A DNA stretch of 64,000 nt, taken from Thermoanaerobaculia bacterium. GTDB taxonomy: Bacteria > Acidobacteriota > Thermoanaerobaculia > Multivoradales > Multivoraceae. Below the pieces are notes generated by a model that searched no databases, had not been told where the DNA came from, and worked only from the letters and a program-made list of their open reading frames with translations. Shown piece by piece: positions 37,943 to 48,450 of the stretch; positions within the stretch are counted from its first letter, which is position 1; every line of letters begins with the position of its first letter. The DNA lies in the NCBI GenBank assembly GCA_963666565.1, contig OY762911.1, forward strand, positions 1,504,001 through 1,568,000, given 5' to 3'. Both the position numbers and the translations under genes were made by a program.

Positions 37943-39331
37943 TCACCGCTCGAACCCGGTGACGAGGTCTCGGGTTGCCTGCGGTACGCCGTGGCCGCGA
38001 CGGAGCGCCGTGCGGACTTCGCCGACGAGGTAGAGAGAACCGGTGACGACCAGGGCGTGGTCGGCACTCGAGGGCGCCGCGAGGCAACGTTCGAGTGCCT
38101 CCGAGGCGTCGTCGTTCACGCCGGCCCGGTCGGCGGGAAGCAGCGGCGCCAGATCTTCGGGCGAGGCCGCGCGGGGGTGGTCGAAGGCGGTCAGCGCGAC
38201 CCGGTCGGCCGGCTCGGCCAGCAGCGGAAGGCACGCTTCGGGGTGCTTCTCGGCGAGCGAGCCATAGAGGAGGTCGAAGCGGAGGCCGGTCTCGTCGAGG
38301 TAGCGCCGGAGCGCGGCCGCGCCAGCCGGGTTGTGGGCGGCGTCGAAGAGGATGCGGCGGCAAGCGCCGTGCGCTTCGACCTCGACCCACTCCAGCCGGC
38401 CGGGCCAGCGGGTCGCCTCGATGCCGGCGCGGACTGCCTCCGGGTCGAGAGGCCGTCCCGCCAGGGCGCAGAACTCCTCCGCGGCGCGCACCGCCAGCGT
38501 CAGGTTGGCGAGTTGGTGGCCGCCGGCGAGCGGCAGGCGGAAGCGGTAGCCGGCGCGCGGCGTGTTCAGTTCGATGGATCGCACCGGCGGGGCGCCGCCG
38601 GCGTCGGCCGCGCTGCGTGCACGGGCAGCTTCGGCGGCACGGGCCGCGCCGGCCGGTTCGAGCCGAACCCCGCAACTCGCGTCAACGAGCCTTGCGCCGC
38701 ACGCCGCCGCGCAGCGCCGGAGCTCGGCCTGCACCTCCGGCCGGCCGGGCCAGGCGAGGCAGGTCCGGCCGGGCCGCATGACGCCGGCCTTCTCGCCGGC
38801 GATGGAGGTCAGGGTCCAGCCCAGTTGCGGCACGTGGTCGCGGGCGACCTGGGCGATCACGGACAGGACGGGATCCGAGACGTTCGTCGCGTCGAGCCGG
38901 CCGCCCAGGCCGACCTCGAACACGGCGGCGTCCACGGCGTGGTGGTCGAAGTGAAGCCAGGCGGCGGCGGTCAGGCTCTCGAAGTAGGTCGGCGGCGTCT
39001 CGCCGGCGGCGTCCAGCACCCGCCGGAGCCAGCGCCCGAGTTCCGCTGCCGGGATCGCCGCGCCGTCGATGCGGAGCCGCTCCTCGACGTGCTCCAGGTG
39101 GGGCGAGGTGTAGAGGCCGCAGCGGAACCCGGCGGCGCTGAGGATCGAGGCCAGCGCGGCGCTGGTCGAGCCCTTGCCGTTGGTTCCGGCGACCAGCACC
39201 GCCGGCAGCCGGCTCTGCGGCCTGCCGAGCGCGTCGAGCAGCCGCCGGGTGGCGTCCAGGCCGAGCTTCTGGCCCCAGACTTCGAGCCGGTCGAGGATCT
39301 CCCTCGCCGAGGGTCTGGTGTCGCCGGTCAC
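37943..39331 (-). CDS. folC: Folylpolyglutamate synthase / dihydrofolate synthase
   Basis: [47 protein letters not shown]. Confidence 0.95.
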   Translation of the reverse strand: MTGDTRPSAREILDRLEVWGQKLGLDATRRLLDALGRPQSRLPAVLVAGTNGKGSTSAALASILSAAGFRCGLYTSPHLEHVEERLRIDGAAIPAAELGRWLRRVLDAAGETPPTYFESLTAAAWLHFDHHAVDAAVFEVGLGGRLDATNVSDPVLSVIAQVARDHVPQLGWTLTSIAGEKAGVMRPGRTCLAWPGRPEVQAELRRCAAACGARLVDASCGVRLEPAGAARAAEAARARSAADAGGAPPVRSIELNTPRAGYRFRLPLAGGHQLANLTLAVRAAEEFCALAGRPLDPEAVRAGIEATRWPGRLEWVEVEAHGACRRILFDAAHNPAGAAALRRYLDETGLRFDLLYGSLAEKHPEACLPLLAEPADRVALTAFDHPRAASPEDLAPLLPADRAGVNDDASEALERCLAAPSSADHALVVTGSLYLVGEVRTALRRGHGVPQATRDLVTGFER

Positions 39332-39375
39332 GGTGGCGGCGCAGCATAGCGCCGCCGCGCTACACTGACGCCGCC

Positions 39376-40140
39376 ATGTCCGGCCACAGCAAGTGGAGCA
39401 CGATCAAGCACAAGAAGGCGGCGCAGGACGCCCGCCGGAGCAAGGTCTTCACGCGCATCCTGAAGGAGGTCTCGGTCGCGGCCCGGCTCGGCGGCGGCGA
39501 TCCCGCCGGCAACCCGCGGCTCCGCCACGCCCTCTCGGAGGCGAAGGCGCAGAACGTCCCGGGCGACAACATCGACCGCGCCGTCAGGAAGGGCACCGGC
39601 GAACTGGAGGGCGTGTCCTACGAAGAGGTCGTCTACGAGGGCTACGGTCCGGGCGGCGTGGCGGTGCTGGTCGAGACGCTGACGGACAACCGGAACCGGA
39701 CCGTCTCCGAGGTCCGGCACCTGTTCACCAAGCACGGCGGCAACCTGGGCGAGAACGGCTGCGTGGCGTGGATGTTCCAGCGCCGCGGCTTCTTCGCCTT
39801 CGACCGCGCCGCCCTGGAAGGCGCCGGCGTGGACGAGGAGGCGCTGGTCGAACTCGCCCTCGAGCTGGAGGCCGAGGACTTCTCGGTCGAGGACGACGGC
39901 TACCGCGTTTACACCTCGGTCGAGTCGTTCCACGCCGCGAAGGACGCGATCGAGGAGCGCGGCCTGGCCACCGTCGTCGCTCAGTTGACGATGGAGCCCC
40001 AGAACCTGGTTCGGGTCGACGAGGGCGGCGCCGGATCGCTCCTGCGCCTGATCGACGCGCTGGAGGACCAGGACGACGTGCAGCACGTCTGGGCCAACTT
40101 CGACCTCGACGACGAACTGTTCGAGCGGCTGGCGTCCTGA
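39376..40140 (+). CDS. yebC: YebC/PmpR family protein
   Basis: [35 protein letters not shown]. Confidence 0.95.
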   Translation: MSGHSKWSTIKHKKAAQDARRSKVFTRILKEVSVAARLGGGDPAGNPRLRHALSEAKAQNVPGDNIDRAVRKGTGELEGVSYEEVVYEGYGPGGVAVLVETLTDNRNRTVSEVRHLFTKHGGNLGENGCVAWMFQRRGFFAFDRAALEGAGVDEEALVELALELEAEDFSVEDDGYRVYTSVESFHAAKDAIEERGLATVVAQLTMEPQNLVRVDEGGAGSLLRLIDALEDQDDVQHVWANFDLDDELFERLAS

Positions 40141-40165
40141 GCTTCGCCCGTCCCCTGTCGCCGCC

Positions 40166-40681
40166 GTGATCGTCCTCGGGCTCGATCCGGGCAGCCGCTA
40201 CACGGGATTCGGCGTGGTGGAGCAGGAGGGCTCGCGGGTCCGGCAACTGGACGCGGGGCGGATCGCCCTCACCGCCGAGCCGACGCCGGCGGCGCGCATG
40301 GCGCGGCTGGCCGAGGGCGTGGAAGAGACGCTCGAACGCTGGCAGCCGGCGGCGGCGGTGCTGGAGTCGCTGTTCCATGGCCGCAACAGCCGCTCCCTGA
40401 TCGCGCTGGCCCAGGCCAGGGGCGTCATCCTGTCCGTGCTCGGGCGGCGCGGCCTGGACGTCCGCGAGTACTCGCCGGCAGAGGTCAAGCAGGCCGTCTG
40501 CGGCAACGGCCGTGCCGACAAGACCCAGGTCTCCCGGATGGTCGACGTCCTCCTGGGCCCCGCGCCGGCGCCGCGCAGCGCCGACGCGTCCGACGCCCTG
40601 GCCGCCGCCCTGTGCTACCTGCAGCGGCGTCCCCTGGAGCGGATCGTGGCGGCCGCCGGGGCCGCCGCGGAACGCGGTTGA
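40166..40681 (+). CDS. ruvC: Holliday junction resolvase
   Basis: LGLDPG, QARGV, EYSPAEVKQAV.GNGRADK, DASDALA. Confidence 0.95.
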   Translation: MIVLGLDPGSRYTGFGVVEQEGSRVRQLDAGRIALTAEPTPAARMARLAEGVEETLERWQPAAAVLESLFHGRNSRSLIALAQARGVILSVLGRRGLDVREYSPAEVKQAVCGNGRADKTQVSRMVDVLLGPAPAPRSADASDALAAALCYLQRRPLERIVAAAGAAAERG

Positions 40682-40850
40682 CCGGGCGGTTCCACAGCCG
40701 AAACCGTGTGCTATATTGCCCAACCGTTCCAAGGTGAGCCAGGCGCCCCTCCGGTGCAGGGGTCACCGAATGTCCAGAATCGCGTCCGCGTTCGGCGGGC
40801 GGTTCAACCAGGCCCGCGGCAGGCGGGCGCAGTCCCGAGGAGGTAGCTAG

Positions 40851-41516
40851 GTGAACATTGGTGGCACGTTCTGGAAGCTGATGAACGAGGGAGGTCCCGT
40901 CATGTGGCCGTTGCTCGCTTTCTCCGTCATCGCGGCGGCGGTGGTGGTGGAGCGGCTGATCGCGCTGCGGCGGGCCCGGATCAACGTTCACGAGTTCCTC
41001 CCCAAGGTGCGGAAGGCGCTGGTCGTGAACCGGTCGATTCGCGACGCGGTGAAAGTGTGCGAGGAGTACCGCGGTCCGGTCGCCTCGATCCTCAAGGCCG
41101 GCCTGATGAAGTACGGCCAGCCCAAGGAAGACGTCGAGAAGACGATCGAGAACGCGGCCCTCTTCGAGATGGGCCGCCTGGAGCGCGGTCTCGCGGTGCT
41201 GGCCACGACGGCCAACGTCGCCCCGCTGCTCGGGTTCTTCGGCACGGTGACCGGCATGATGGCCGGCTTCGACGCCCTGGCGGCCCAGGGCCTGTCGAAC
41301 CCCGGCGCGGTCGCCACCGGCATCAAGGAGGCCCTGACCACGACCGCCGGCGGTCTGGCCGTGGCCATCCCGACGCAGCTCGCCTACAACTACTTCATGA
41401 GCCGGATCAACAAGTTCGTCCGCGACATCGAGACGTCCGCGAACATGCTGCTCGAGACGTTCGGCGAGATGGAGCGCAGCGGCGTTCCGCCCGAGTCCGG
41501 CGGCGACGCCGGCTAG
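40851..41516 (+). CDS. exbB: MotA/TolQ/ExbB proton channel
   Basis: APLLGFFGTVTGM, GIKEAL.TTAGGLAVAIP; GGAGG RBS. Confidence 0.9.
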   Translation: MNIGGTFWKLMNEGGPVMWPLLAFSVIAAAVVVERLIALRRARINVHEFLPKVRKALVVNRSIRDAVKVCEEYRGPVASILKAGLMKYGQPKEDVEKTIENAALFEMGRLERGLAVLATTANVAPLLGFFGTVTGMMAGFDALAAQGLSNPGAVATGIKEALTTTAGGLAVAIPTQLAYNYFMSRINKFVRDIETSANMLLETFGEMERSGVPPESGGDAG

Positions 41517-41552
41517 AGGCGTTCTTCCCGGTTCTCAGGCGAGCAGACCGAC

Positions 41553-41981
41553 ATGAAGCTCAAGGCAACCATCGAGCACAAGCCGAACATCCCGACGGCC
41601 TCGATGGCGGACATCGCCTTCCTGCTGATCATCTTCTTCATGCTGACGATCACCTTCGAGGTCGACAAGACCCAGGTGACGCTGCCGAAGACGACCCTCA
41701 GGTACGAGATCCCGAAGCAGTCCGCCTACGTCTCGATCGACCCGAACGGCCGCATCCGGGTTTCCGACGGCACGGAGCAGAGCGCCCTGGTCAGCGCGGC
41801 CGACGAGGTGCTCTCGATGGCCGCCGGCGTCATCGCGATGGACCCGACGAAGGTCTTCGTGGTCAAGGCGCACGGCGACGTGGACTGGCTCAAGGTCGAC
41901 GAGGTGATCGACGCGCTGAAGCGGGCCAAGGTGCGGGACGTCTACCTGCTGTCCGATCAGGTCACCGTCGACGACATGTAG
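41553..41981 (+). CDS. exbD: ExbD/TolR
   Basis: IPTASMADIAFLLIIFFML. Confidence 0.9.
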   Translation: MKLKATIEHKPNIPTASMADIAFLLIIFFMLTITFEVDKTQVTLPKTTLRYEIPKQSAYVSIDPNGRIRVSDGTEQSALVSAADEVLSMAAGVIAMDPTKVFVVKAHGDVDWLKVDEVIDALKRAKVRDVYLLSDQVTVDDM

Positions 41982-42038
41982 GCTTGGCGAGGCGAAGCTG
42001 AACGGCAACCCGATGCAGCCGATGAACGGAGGCGCAAG

Positions 42039-42476
42039 ATGAAACTTGATCGTGATCGCCCGGACGATGAGATCCCGACCTCGTCGATGGCGGACATCGC
42101 CTTCCTGCTGATCGTCTTCTTCATGGTGACGACGACGTTCACCGCCACCCGCGGCCTGGACTTCGCGCTCCCCGAGGACGACGACGATCCGCCGGTGGTG
42201 GAGAAGGAGGAGTCGGTGCTGATCGAGATCCTGCCGACCGGCGAGCTGATCGTCGACCAGGATCCGATGCTGCTGCACGAGATCATCCCCTACCTGAAGC
42301 CGAAGCTGGAGCGGAACCCGAAGAAGCCGGTGATCATCCGGCCCGACACCGCGACGCCGTACCGCTACATGGTGCAGGTCTACGACGAGCTGCGCCAGGG
42401 CGAGGACCACGGGCTGGCGGAGCCGATCAACATCTCGGTGCCGACCCAGCGCGAGATCCAGAGCTTCTGGTACTAG
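42039..42476 (+). CDS. exbD: ExbD/TolR (second copy)
   Basis: IPTSSMADIAFLLIVFFMV. Confidence 0.9.
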   Translation: MKLDRDRPDDEIPTSSMADIAFLLIVFFMVTTTFTATRGLDFALPEDDDDPPVVEKEESVLIEILPTGELIVDQDPMLLHEIIPYLKPKLERNPKKPVIIRPDTATPYRYMVQVYDELRQGEDHGLAEPINISVPTQREIQSFWY

Positions 42477-42567
42477 CCCCGGAATAGGCCCAAGCCGCCG
42501 GACGTTGAACCTGGACATCACGCGAACGAACAACTGACCGAGAACCTGACCGAAGAGGGGTAACCGG

Positions 42568-43311
42568 ATGAGCGACGAGAACCTCGAACAGGCTGCATCC
42601 CCGGCTGAAGAGTCGGCGCAGGGCGAAGCGACCGCGCTGACCTCGGCGGAACAGGGCCTGCTGACCTACGTGCAGGAGACCCGCGAGGACAACAAGACCT
42701 TCCGCTACTCGCTGGGGCTGGCGGTCATCCTCCACGGCATCCTGCTGATCGTGAAGCTGCCCGACCTGTACGGCGACACGGTGGCGCCGCCGCCGAAGCC
42801 CAAGGTCTTCGTCGTGCAGCAGGTGCGCTTCAAGCCGCCGCCGCCGAAGGAAGAGCAGCAGATCCCGAAGCCGAAGTCGAAGAAGGTCCCGATCCCCGAT
42901 CCCACGCCCGACGAGCCGGAGCCGATCCGGATCGACGAGCCGGAGGAGATCGACATCCCCGAGGTCGACGACCTCGATCTCTTCGACCTCCCCGAGGCGC
43001 CGCCTCCGCCGGAACCGACCGGCCCGATCTACGTCACCGGCGACGTCACGAAGCCGGAGAAGATCAACGAGGTCCAGCCCCAGTACACCGAGATCGCGCG
43101 CAAGGCGCGGATCCAGGGCGTCGTCATCCTCCAGGCGACGATCGACAAGAACGGCGACATCACCGACATCAAGGTGCTGAAGCCGCTGCCGATGGGCCTC
43201 GCCGAAGCCGCCGTGTCGGCGGTGCAGCAGTGGAAGTTCAAGCCGGCGACGCTGAACGGCAAGCCGGTCGCCGTGTACTACAACCTGACCGTCAACTTCC
43301 AGCTCCAGTAG
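42568..43311 (+). CDS. tonB: TonB energy transducer
   Basis: TM with His (AVILHG), Pro-rich spacer, PQY..ARKARIQGVV..WKFKPA. Confidence 0.9.
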   Translation: MSDENLEQAASPAEESAQGEATALTSAEQGLLTYVQETREDNKTFRYSLGLAVILHGILLIVKLPDLYGDTVAPPPKPKVFVVQQVRFKPPPPKEEQQIPKPKSKKVPIPDPTPDEPEPIRIDEPEEIDIPEVDDLDLFDLPEAPPPPEPTGPIYVTGDVTKPEKINEVQPQYTEIARKARIQGVVILQATIDKNGDITDIKVLKPLPMGLAEAAVSAVQQWKFKPATLNGKPVAVYYNLTVNFQLQ

Positions 43312-43331
43312 ATCCAGTGGAGCGGAGCGGT

Positions 43332-43359
43332 CTGGCGCCGGGCGGAAGCCTGGCGCCGG
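43332..43359 (+). terminator. GC-rich GGAA-tetraloop hairpin between tonB and the TPR gene (no U tract)
   Basis: CTGGCGCCGGGC-GGAA-GCCTGGCGCCGG, with G-U pairs on the + strand. Confidence 0.4.
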
Positions 43360-43420
43360 GCCGGGTCGCAGAACGCCGAACCCCGCCCTCGACTTCCAAG
43401 TCAAGCTCATGGGAGTACAG

Positions 43421-44593
43421 ATGACCATTCGCCGATCCGCACTCGCACTCACCACGATCAGCGCGCTGCTGGCCGCGCCGACGGCCTTCGCCGGCTGGGA
43501 CGAAGGCGTTGCCGCGTTCAAGTCCGGCAACTACGCTCAGGCGATCGCCGAGTTCCAGCAGTTCGTCGAGGAGCGCCCCGACCAGCAGGCCGGCTACCAG
43601 ATGCTGGGCCGTTCCCTGTTGCGGGGCGGCAAGGCCGGCGAAGCGGTTGCCGCGTTCCAGAAAGCGATCGAGATGAAGGCCGACGACATCGGCAGCCAGG
43701 TGCTGCTGGGCCAGGCCTTCTACGAGAGCGGAAAACCCCGGGAGTGCATCTCGACGCTGAGCAGGCTGAACATCGGCGGGCTGCCCGCGAACATCCAGGT
43801 CGGGATCTACGAGACGCGCGGCGCCAGCTACGCGCGGTTGGGCAACACCGGCAGCGCCGCCGCCGACCTCGGCCGGGTGGCCGATCTCAGGCCCAGCGAC
43901 GCCTCGGCCCGCTTCGAGTACGGGCAGATGCTCCACAACGATGCGCAGCTCGACCCAGCGATCGCCGCCTACGAGCGGGCGATCTCGATGGACGGCAGCA
44001 AGTCGGAGTGGAAGAAGATCCTCGTGAACGCCTTGAAGGTCAAGGGCCGGAGCACTCAGGGCTCGGGCAAGGCCGGCGTCTACCGCAAGGCCGAGAACGT
44101 CGCCAGAAGCCTGGTCGGCGCCAGCGCCTCGTACGACAACCTCCTCCTGCTCGGCGAGGTCCAGCTCGGCGGCAAGAGCTACGACTCGGCGGCGACGACG
44201 TTCCAGCAGGCGATCTCGAAGCGGAACAACGACTGGCACTCGCACTTCTATCTCGGCCAAGCCTACGGTTCCCTCGAGCGCTTCAACGAGGCCGAGGCAC
44301 CGCTGAACGATGCGCTGGGTCTCGCCTCGGGCGATGCCGAGAGGCAGATCCTCGACTACTTGGGCTTCGTGCTCTCGAAGCAGAACAAGTACGACGCGGC
44401 CATCTCCGCGTACGAGCGCGCCGGGAACGCCGGCGGCGCCGCGCGCGTGCGCGAGAACAAGCAGATCGCGCAGGAGAACAGGGACGCCGACGAGTTCAAC
44501 GCGAACATCGCGGAACTCGAGCGCCAGCGCGAGGAACTCCGCCGGCAACTCGAAGAGGTCCCCGGAGCGACCAACGAGCCGCCGCGCCGATAG
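43421..44593 (+). CDS. Exported TPR protein
   Basis: Signal peptide (AFA), multiple TPRs, C-terminal coiled coil. Confidence 0.85.
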   Translation: MTIRRSALALTTISALLAAPTAFAGWDEGVAAFKSGNYAQAIAEFQQFVEERPDQQAGYQMLGRSLLRGGKAGEAVAAFQKAIEMKADDIGSQVLLGQAFYESGKPRECISTLSRLNIGGLPANIQVGIYETRGASYARLGNTGSAAADLGRVADLRPSDASARFEYGQMLHNDAQLDPAIAAYERAISMDGSKSEWKKILVNALKVKGRSTQGSGKAGVYRKAENVARSLVGASASYDNLLLLGEVQLGGKSYDSAATTFQQAISKRNNDWHSHFYLGQAYGSLERFNEAEAPLNDALGLASGDAERQILDYLGFVLSKQNKYDAAISAYERAGNAGGAARVRENKQIAQENRDADEFNANIAELERQREELRRQLEEVPGATNEPPRR

Positions 44594-44704
44594 CGGCGTA
44601 GCACCCGTCCGCGGCGGGCCTCCGGGGGGAGGGCGCCAGCGGACGCTCACCCCCTCTTGGTGAATGTGGGGACGGGGGTTCGCTTCGGTCGCCTGCGCTT
44701 CGCG
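44593..44704 (+). repeat. Half copy of family A element
   Basis: Near-identical reverse complement of 48825-48935; begins GTAGCACCCG. Confidence 0.9.
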
Positions 44705-44714
44705 CCGCAACCCG

Positions 44715-46202
44715 TCAGCCCAGCTTGCGGCGCAGGATCTCCTGGGCGGCGCGGGGTTCGGCGCTGCCGCGGGAGGCCTTCATGACCTGGCCGACCAGGT
44801 AGCCGAGCGCCTGCCTGCGGCCGCCGCGGTACTCGGCGGCGGCCTTCTCGTTGGCGGCGATGGCGGCGTCGGCCCAGGCCTCCAGTCGGGCGTCGTCGCG
44901 GACCTGGCGCAGGCCGAGGCGGTCGGCGATCCGTTCCGGGGTCTCCGACGAGTCCCAGACCTCCGCGAGCACCTCCTTGGCGGCCGTGGCCGACAGCTCG
45001 CCCGAGTCGACCAGGGCGACGACGGCGGCGAGCCGCTCCGGCGCGACCGCCTGCTCGACGTCGATGCCGCGCTCCTTCAGTTCGCGCAGAATCTCGGTCA
45101 TCACCCAGTTGGCGACGGACCTTGCGCCTTCCGGGTGAGCCGCGACGGCGCGCTCGTAGTAGGCCGCCAGGGCGACGCTGCCGGATAGCAGCGCCGCCTC
45201 TTCCGCGCGCAGTCCGTAGGCCTCGCGGAAGCGGGCGCTCTTCTTCCACGGCAGTTCCGGAAGCTGCTCCGCGTGCCGCTCGATGCGTTCGGCGGACAGC
45301 ACGACGGCCGGCAGGTCGGGCTCCGGGAAGTACCGGTAGTCGTGCGCCTCCTCCTTCGACCGCAGAGACCGCGTGGCGCCGGTTGCCGGCTCGAAGCTCC
45401 GCGTCTCCTGTTCGACCTGAGCCCCGGAGGTCAGGATGTGCAACTGGCGTTCCCGCTCGTACTCGAGCGCCTTCGCCACGTGGCGGAACGAGTTCAGGTT
45501 CTTGACCTCCGTCTTCGTGCCGAGCCTGGTCTCGCCGGTCGGCCGGAGCGAGAGGTTCGCGTCGCAGCGCAGGCTGCCCTCTTCCATGTTGCCGTCGCTG
45601 GCGCCCGTGTAGAGGAGGACCTGATGGAGCGCCTGCAGGTAGGCCTGCGCGTGCGCCGGCGAACCGATTTCTGGCTCGGTGACGATCTCCACCAGGGGTA
45701 CGCCGCAGCGGTTGAAGTCGACCAGGCTCCGGCCGGGCAGCGGGCCGCCTCCCGGCACCTCGTGGAGGAGCTTGCCGGCGTCCTCCTCCAGGTGGAGCCG
45801 GTGAATCCGCACCACGCCCCCGGACGGCAGCGGCACGGCGCCCCCCTCGGCCAGGGGTTCGTCGTACTGGCTGATCTGGTAGCCCTTCGGCAGGTCGGGG
45901 TAGAAGTAGTTCTTGCGGGCGAACACCGACCGCCGGCGCACCTCGCAGCCGAGGGCGAGCGCGAGCCGGATGGCGAGGTCCACGGCCCGCTGGTTGGTCG
46001 CGGGCAGAGTGCCCGGATAGCCGAGGCAGACAGGGCACACCAGCTCGTTCGGCTCGGCGCCGAAGCGGTTCTCGCAGCGGCAGAACATCTTCGTCCGCGT
46101 GCGCAACTGGACATGGACTTCCAGCCCGATGACCGTTTCCCACCCGGCGTCGACGGGAACTTCGAGGGTGCCCGTCCCGGTCGTGCTCTGCGCTACGCTC
46201 AT
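44715..46202 (-). CDS. gatB: Asp/Glu-tRNA amidotransferase subunit B
   Basis: IGLEVHVQL, RKNYFYPDLPKGYQISQ, EEDAGK, GSLRCDAN, YRYFPEPDL. Confidence 0.97.
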   Translation of the reverse strand: MSVAQSTTGTGTLEVPVDAGWETVIGLEVHVQLRTRTKMFCRCENRFGAEPNELVCPVCLGYPGTLPATNQRAVDLAIRLALALGCEVRRRSVFARKNYFYPDLPKGYQISQYDEPLAEGGAVPLPSGGVVRIHRLHLEEDAGKLLHEVPGGGPLPGRSLVDFNRCGVPLVEIVTEPEIGSPAHAQAYLQALHQVLLYTGASDGNMEEGSLRCDANLSLRPTGETRLGTKTEVKNLNSFRHVAKALEYERERQLHILTSGAQVEQETRSFEPATGATRSLRSKEEAHDYRYFPEPDLPAVVLSAERIERHAEQLPELPWKKSARFREAYGLRAEEAALLSGSVALAAYYERAVAAHPEGARSVANWVMTEILRELKERGIDVEQAVAPERLAAVVALVDSGELSATAAKEVLAEVWDSSETPERIADRLGLRQVRDDARLEAWADAAIAANEKAAAEYRGGRRQALGYLVGQVMKASRGSAEPRAAQEILRRKLG

Positions 46203-46244
46203 GGCCGTCCCGATGGCCGCGGCATCCTACAGCAGGCGAACGCG

Positions 46245-46958
46245 GTGAAGGTGCGGCCGGCGGATGCCGTCCTTGAGGTCTGCCAGCGAGGCCCAGTGTG
46301 GGCCGCCTTTCTCGGCGTAGCGCCGCAGAGCGAGGCCGCCGGGCCGGAGGACGCCTTCCGGTTCCTCGGGCGGGCGGTCTCCGGGGCGACGGCGGCGGCG
46401 CCCGCCTGGCTGCGCCAGCGCCACGGCGCCGACGCGAGGAGAGCGGCCGGGCCCGGACCGGCCGGCGACGGGGACGCCTTGATCGTGTCGGCGCCCGGCG
46501 TCGCCGCCACGGTGTTCGTCGCCGACTGCGTACCCGTGCTGATTGCCGCCGGCGATGCGGTGGCGGCGGTCCACGCCGGCTGGCGAGGTCTCGCGAACGG
46601 CGTCCTGGCGTCGGCCGTGCATGAACTGAGGGAACAGAACGGCGCTCCGTCCCGCGGCGGCGAACCAGCCGAAGCCTGGATCGGCCCGGCGATCGGCCCG
46701 TGTTGCTACGAGGTCGGCGAGGACGTCGCCGTGCAGGTCGAGCGCCGGAGCGGCGCGGCCGTCGTCGCCCGACGCCCCGGACGCAAGCCGCACCTCGACC
46801 TGCCGCTCGCTGCGTCGCGGCAGCTCGCCGACCTGGGCGTCGAGCGGGTCTCCACCGTGGAGCGCTGCGTCCGATGCGACCCGGACTGGTGGAGCTACCG
46901 CCGCGACGGCCCCCGCGCCGGCCGCAACTACGGCTTCATCTGGCGCACTGAGCCCTAA
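46245..46958 (+). CDS. pgeF: YfiH/PgeF (laccase-domain) family protein
   Basis: QRHG, GDALI, VADCVPVL, HAGWRG, IGPAIGPCCYEVG, SYRR. Confidence 0.9.
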   Translation: MKVRPADAVLEVCQRGPVWAAFLGVAPQSEAAGPEDAFRFLGRAVSGATAAAPAWLRQRHGADARRAAGPGPAGDGDALIVSAPGVAATVFVADCVPVLIAAGDAVAAVHAGWRGLANGVLASAVHELREQNGAPSRGGEPAEAWIGPAIGPCCYEVGEDVAVQVERRSGAAVVARRPGRKPHLDLPLAASRQLADLGVERVSTVERCVRCDPDWWSYRRDGPRAGRNYGFIWRTEP

Positions 46959-47257
46959 TCCGGCTGCCGGGACGTGCGGCTGCGGGTCTTTCGCGTCGGG
47001 TCGATCCCGACGGACCGGAGGAACGCCAGGTCGCGGCCGTCGATCCGAAACGGCGGGGCCGGCCGCGACCGCTTCGTCTCCACCTGATCCCGGGCTTCGT
47101 CGTCGCCCTCGAGCGGCTTGCAGTCGAGGAACAGGTTCAGCGTGTAGCCTTCGCGGCGGATCGACTCAAGTTGGCCGTGGACTTCAGGCGATTCGGCGAT
47201 CGCCTCGCAAAGGGAGCGGGTGAACTCTTCGAGCAGTTGCTTGAGCCGGGGTTCCAT
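46955..47257 (-). CDS. Hypothetical protein (100 aa)
   Basis: Protein-like composition (LEEFTRSLCEAIAES..DLAFLRSVGI) and typical codon bias. Confidence 0.75.
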   Translation of the reverse strand: MEPRLKQLLEEFTRSLCEAIAESPEVHGQLESIRREGYTLNLFLDCKPLEGDDEARDQVETKRSRPAPPFRIDGRDLAFLRSVGIDPTRKTRSRTSRQPD

Positions 47258-48314
47258 GGCAGCGAGACCATTATCCCAGACGAACGCGCCGCGCGACAGT
47301 CCGGCTTCGGCGCCGTCCGATCCGGATGCCTGGAAGCCGGTCGTGGAGGAGGTCCAGGCCGCGGGCTTCCGGCCAGCCTCCTTCGAGCCGCTGGCCGGCG
47401 ACGTTTCCGCCCGGCGCTACGCGCGGCTGCGCCTGGCCGGCGGCGAGAGCTTCGTCGTGTGCGCCTACCCGGACGGCATGGCCGGTGTGGCGGCGCGGTT
47501 CCTGGCGGCGACGCAACTGCTGAGGTCGGCCGGCGTTCCGGTGCCGGCCGTGCTGCAACACTCGCTCGACGGGCCGGCGTGGATCCTCCTGGAGGACCTC
47601 GGCCCGGACACCGTGTTCGACCTGTGGCGGGCCGGCCGCCTGAGTTTGTCGGCGCTGGACCGGTGCCTGACGGAGGCGATGGCCCACATCGACCGCATCC
47701 GGCGCCTGCCTGCCGGCGCGGTGCGGGCCCTGGGCTCGCCGTCGCTCGACGGCGGCCTCTTGCGCACGGAACTCGACCTGACCTGGGAGCGTTTTCTCGA
47801 GCCGCGCGGCCTAGTGAACGACCGTGGCCTCGCCGGGGAACTGCGGGCCGTGTGCGCCGCCGTGTGCGAGCGTCTCGCCTCGGCTGCGCCCGTGCCGTGC
47901 CATCGCGACTTCATGGCCCGCAACCTCATGCTGCGGACCGCGCCGTGGGACGGAGCGGAACCGGAAGTCGTCGTGATCGACCACCAGGACCTGCGTCCGG
48001 GTCCGCCGGGGTACGACCTGGCCTCGTTGCTGAACGACAGCCTGACGCTTTCGCCCGGCGAGCGGGAACGCCGCCTGCGGGAAGCGGCCGCCGAAGACAC
48101 CGGAGAACGCGACCTGTACAACGCCGCGGCGGCGCAGCGTACGCTCAAGATCGCCGGCACCTTCGCTCACTTTGCCGCGCTCGGCAACGATCGCCACCTG
48201 CCGCTGATCCGGCCTGCCTTGCGGCGGTTCCTCGACGCGCTGGACGCTCTTCCCGAGGGTCGCGAACTCGCCCCCGTCCTGCGCCGGGAGTGGGCCGCCG
48301 CCGCGGGCCGGTAG
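47256..48314 (+). CDS. APH-family phosphotransferase, AmgK-like (anomeric MurNAc/GlcNAc kinase)
   Basis: LAGDVSARRYAR, LEDLG, HRDFMARNLM, IDHQD, YDLASLL. Confidence 0.85.
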   Translation: MAARPLSQTNAPRDSPASAPSDPDAWKPVVEEVQAAGFRPASFEPLAGDVSARRYARLRLAGGESFVVCAYPDGMAGVAARFLAATQLLRSAGVPVPAVLQHSLDGPAWILLEDLGPDTVFDLWRAGRLSLSALDRCLTEAMAHIDRIRRLPAGAVRALGSPSLDGGLLRTELDLTWERFLEPRGLVNDRGLAGELRAVCAAVCERLASAAPVPCHRDFMARNLMLRTAPWDGAEPEVVVIDHQDLRPGPPGYDLASLLNDSLTLSPGERERRLREAAAEDTGERDLYNAAAAQRTLKIAGTFAHFAALGNDRHLPLIRPALRRFLDALDALPEGRELAPVLRREWAAAAGR

Positions 48315-48450
48315 CGGCTCGAACCGCTCGCAGGTTCAGTCTTTCGGGCCGGCCGCCCGTCCTCGTCCGGGAACTCTCGCCGCGGACTTGGTACGCTTGT
48401 CCTTCGGCGCGAGCTCCCGCGCCCGCTCCGACGTTCAACAGGAGACCCCC

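Noticed and set aside
40682-40850. Cobalamin or other riboswitch upstream of exbB
   Set aside because: No recognisable B12 box or other aptamer core by eye; an Infernal/Rfam scan would be needed
47256-48314. Aminoglycoside resistance kinase
   Set aside because: GD.S.R.Y.R, HRDF..RNL and ID.QD fit the AmgK-like housekeeping subfamily better
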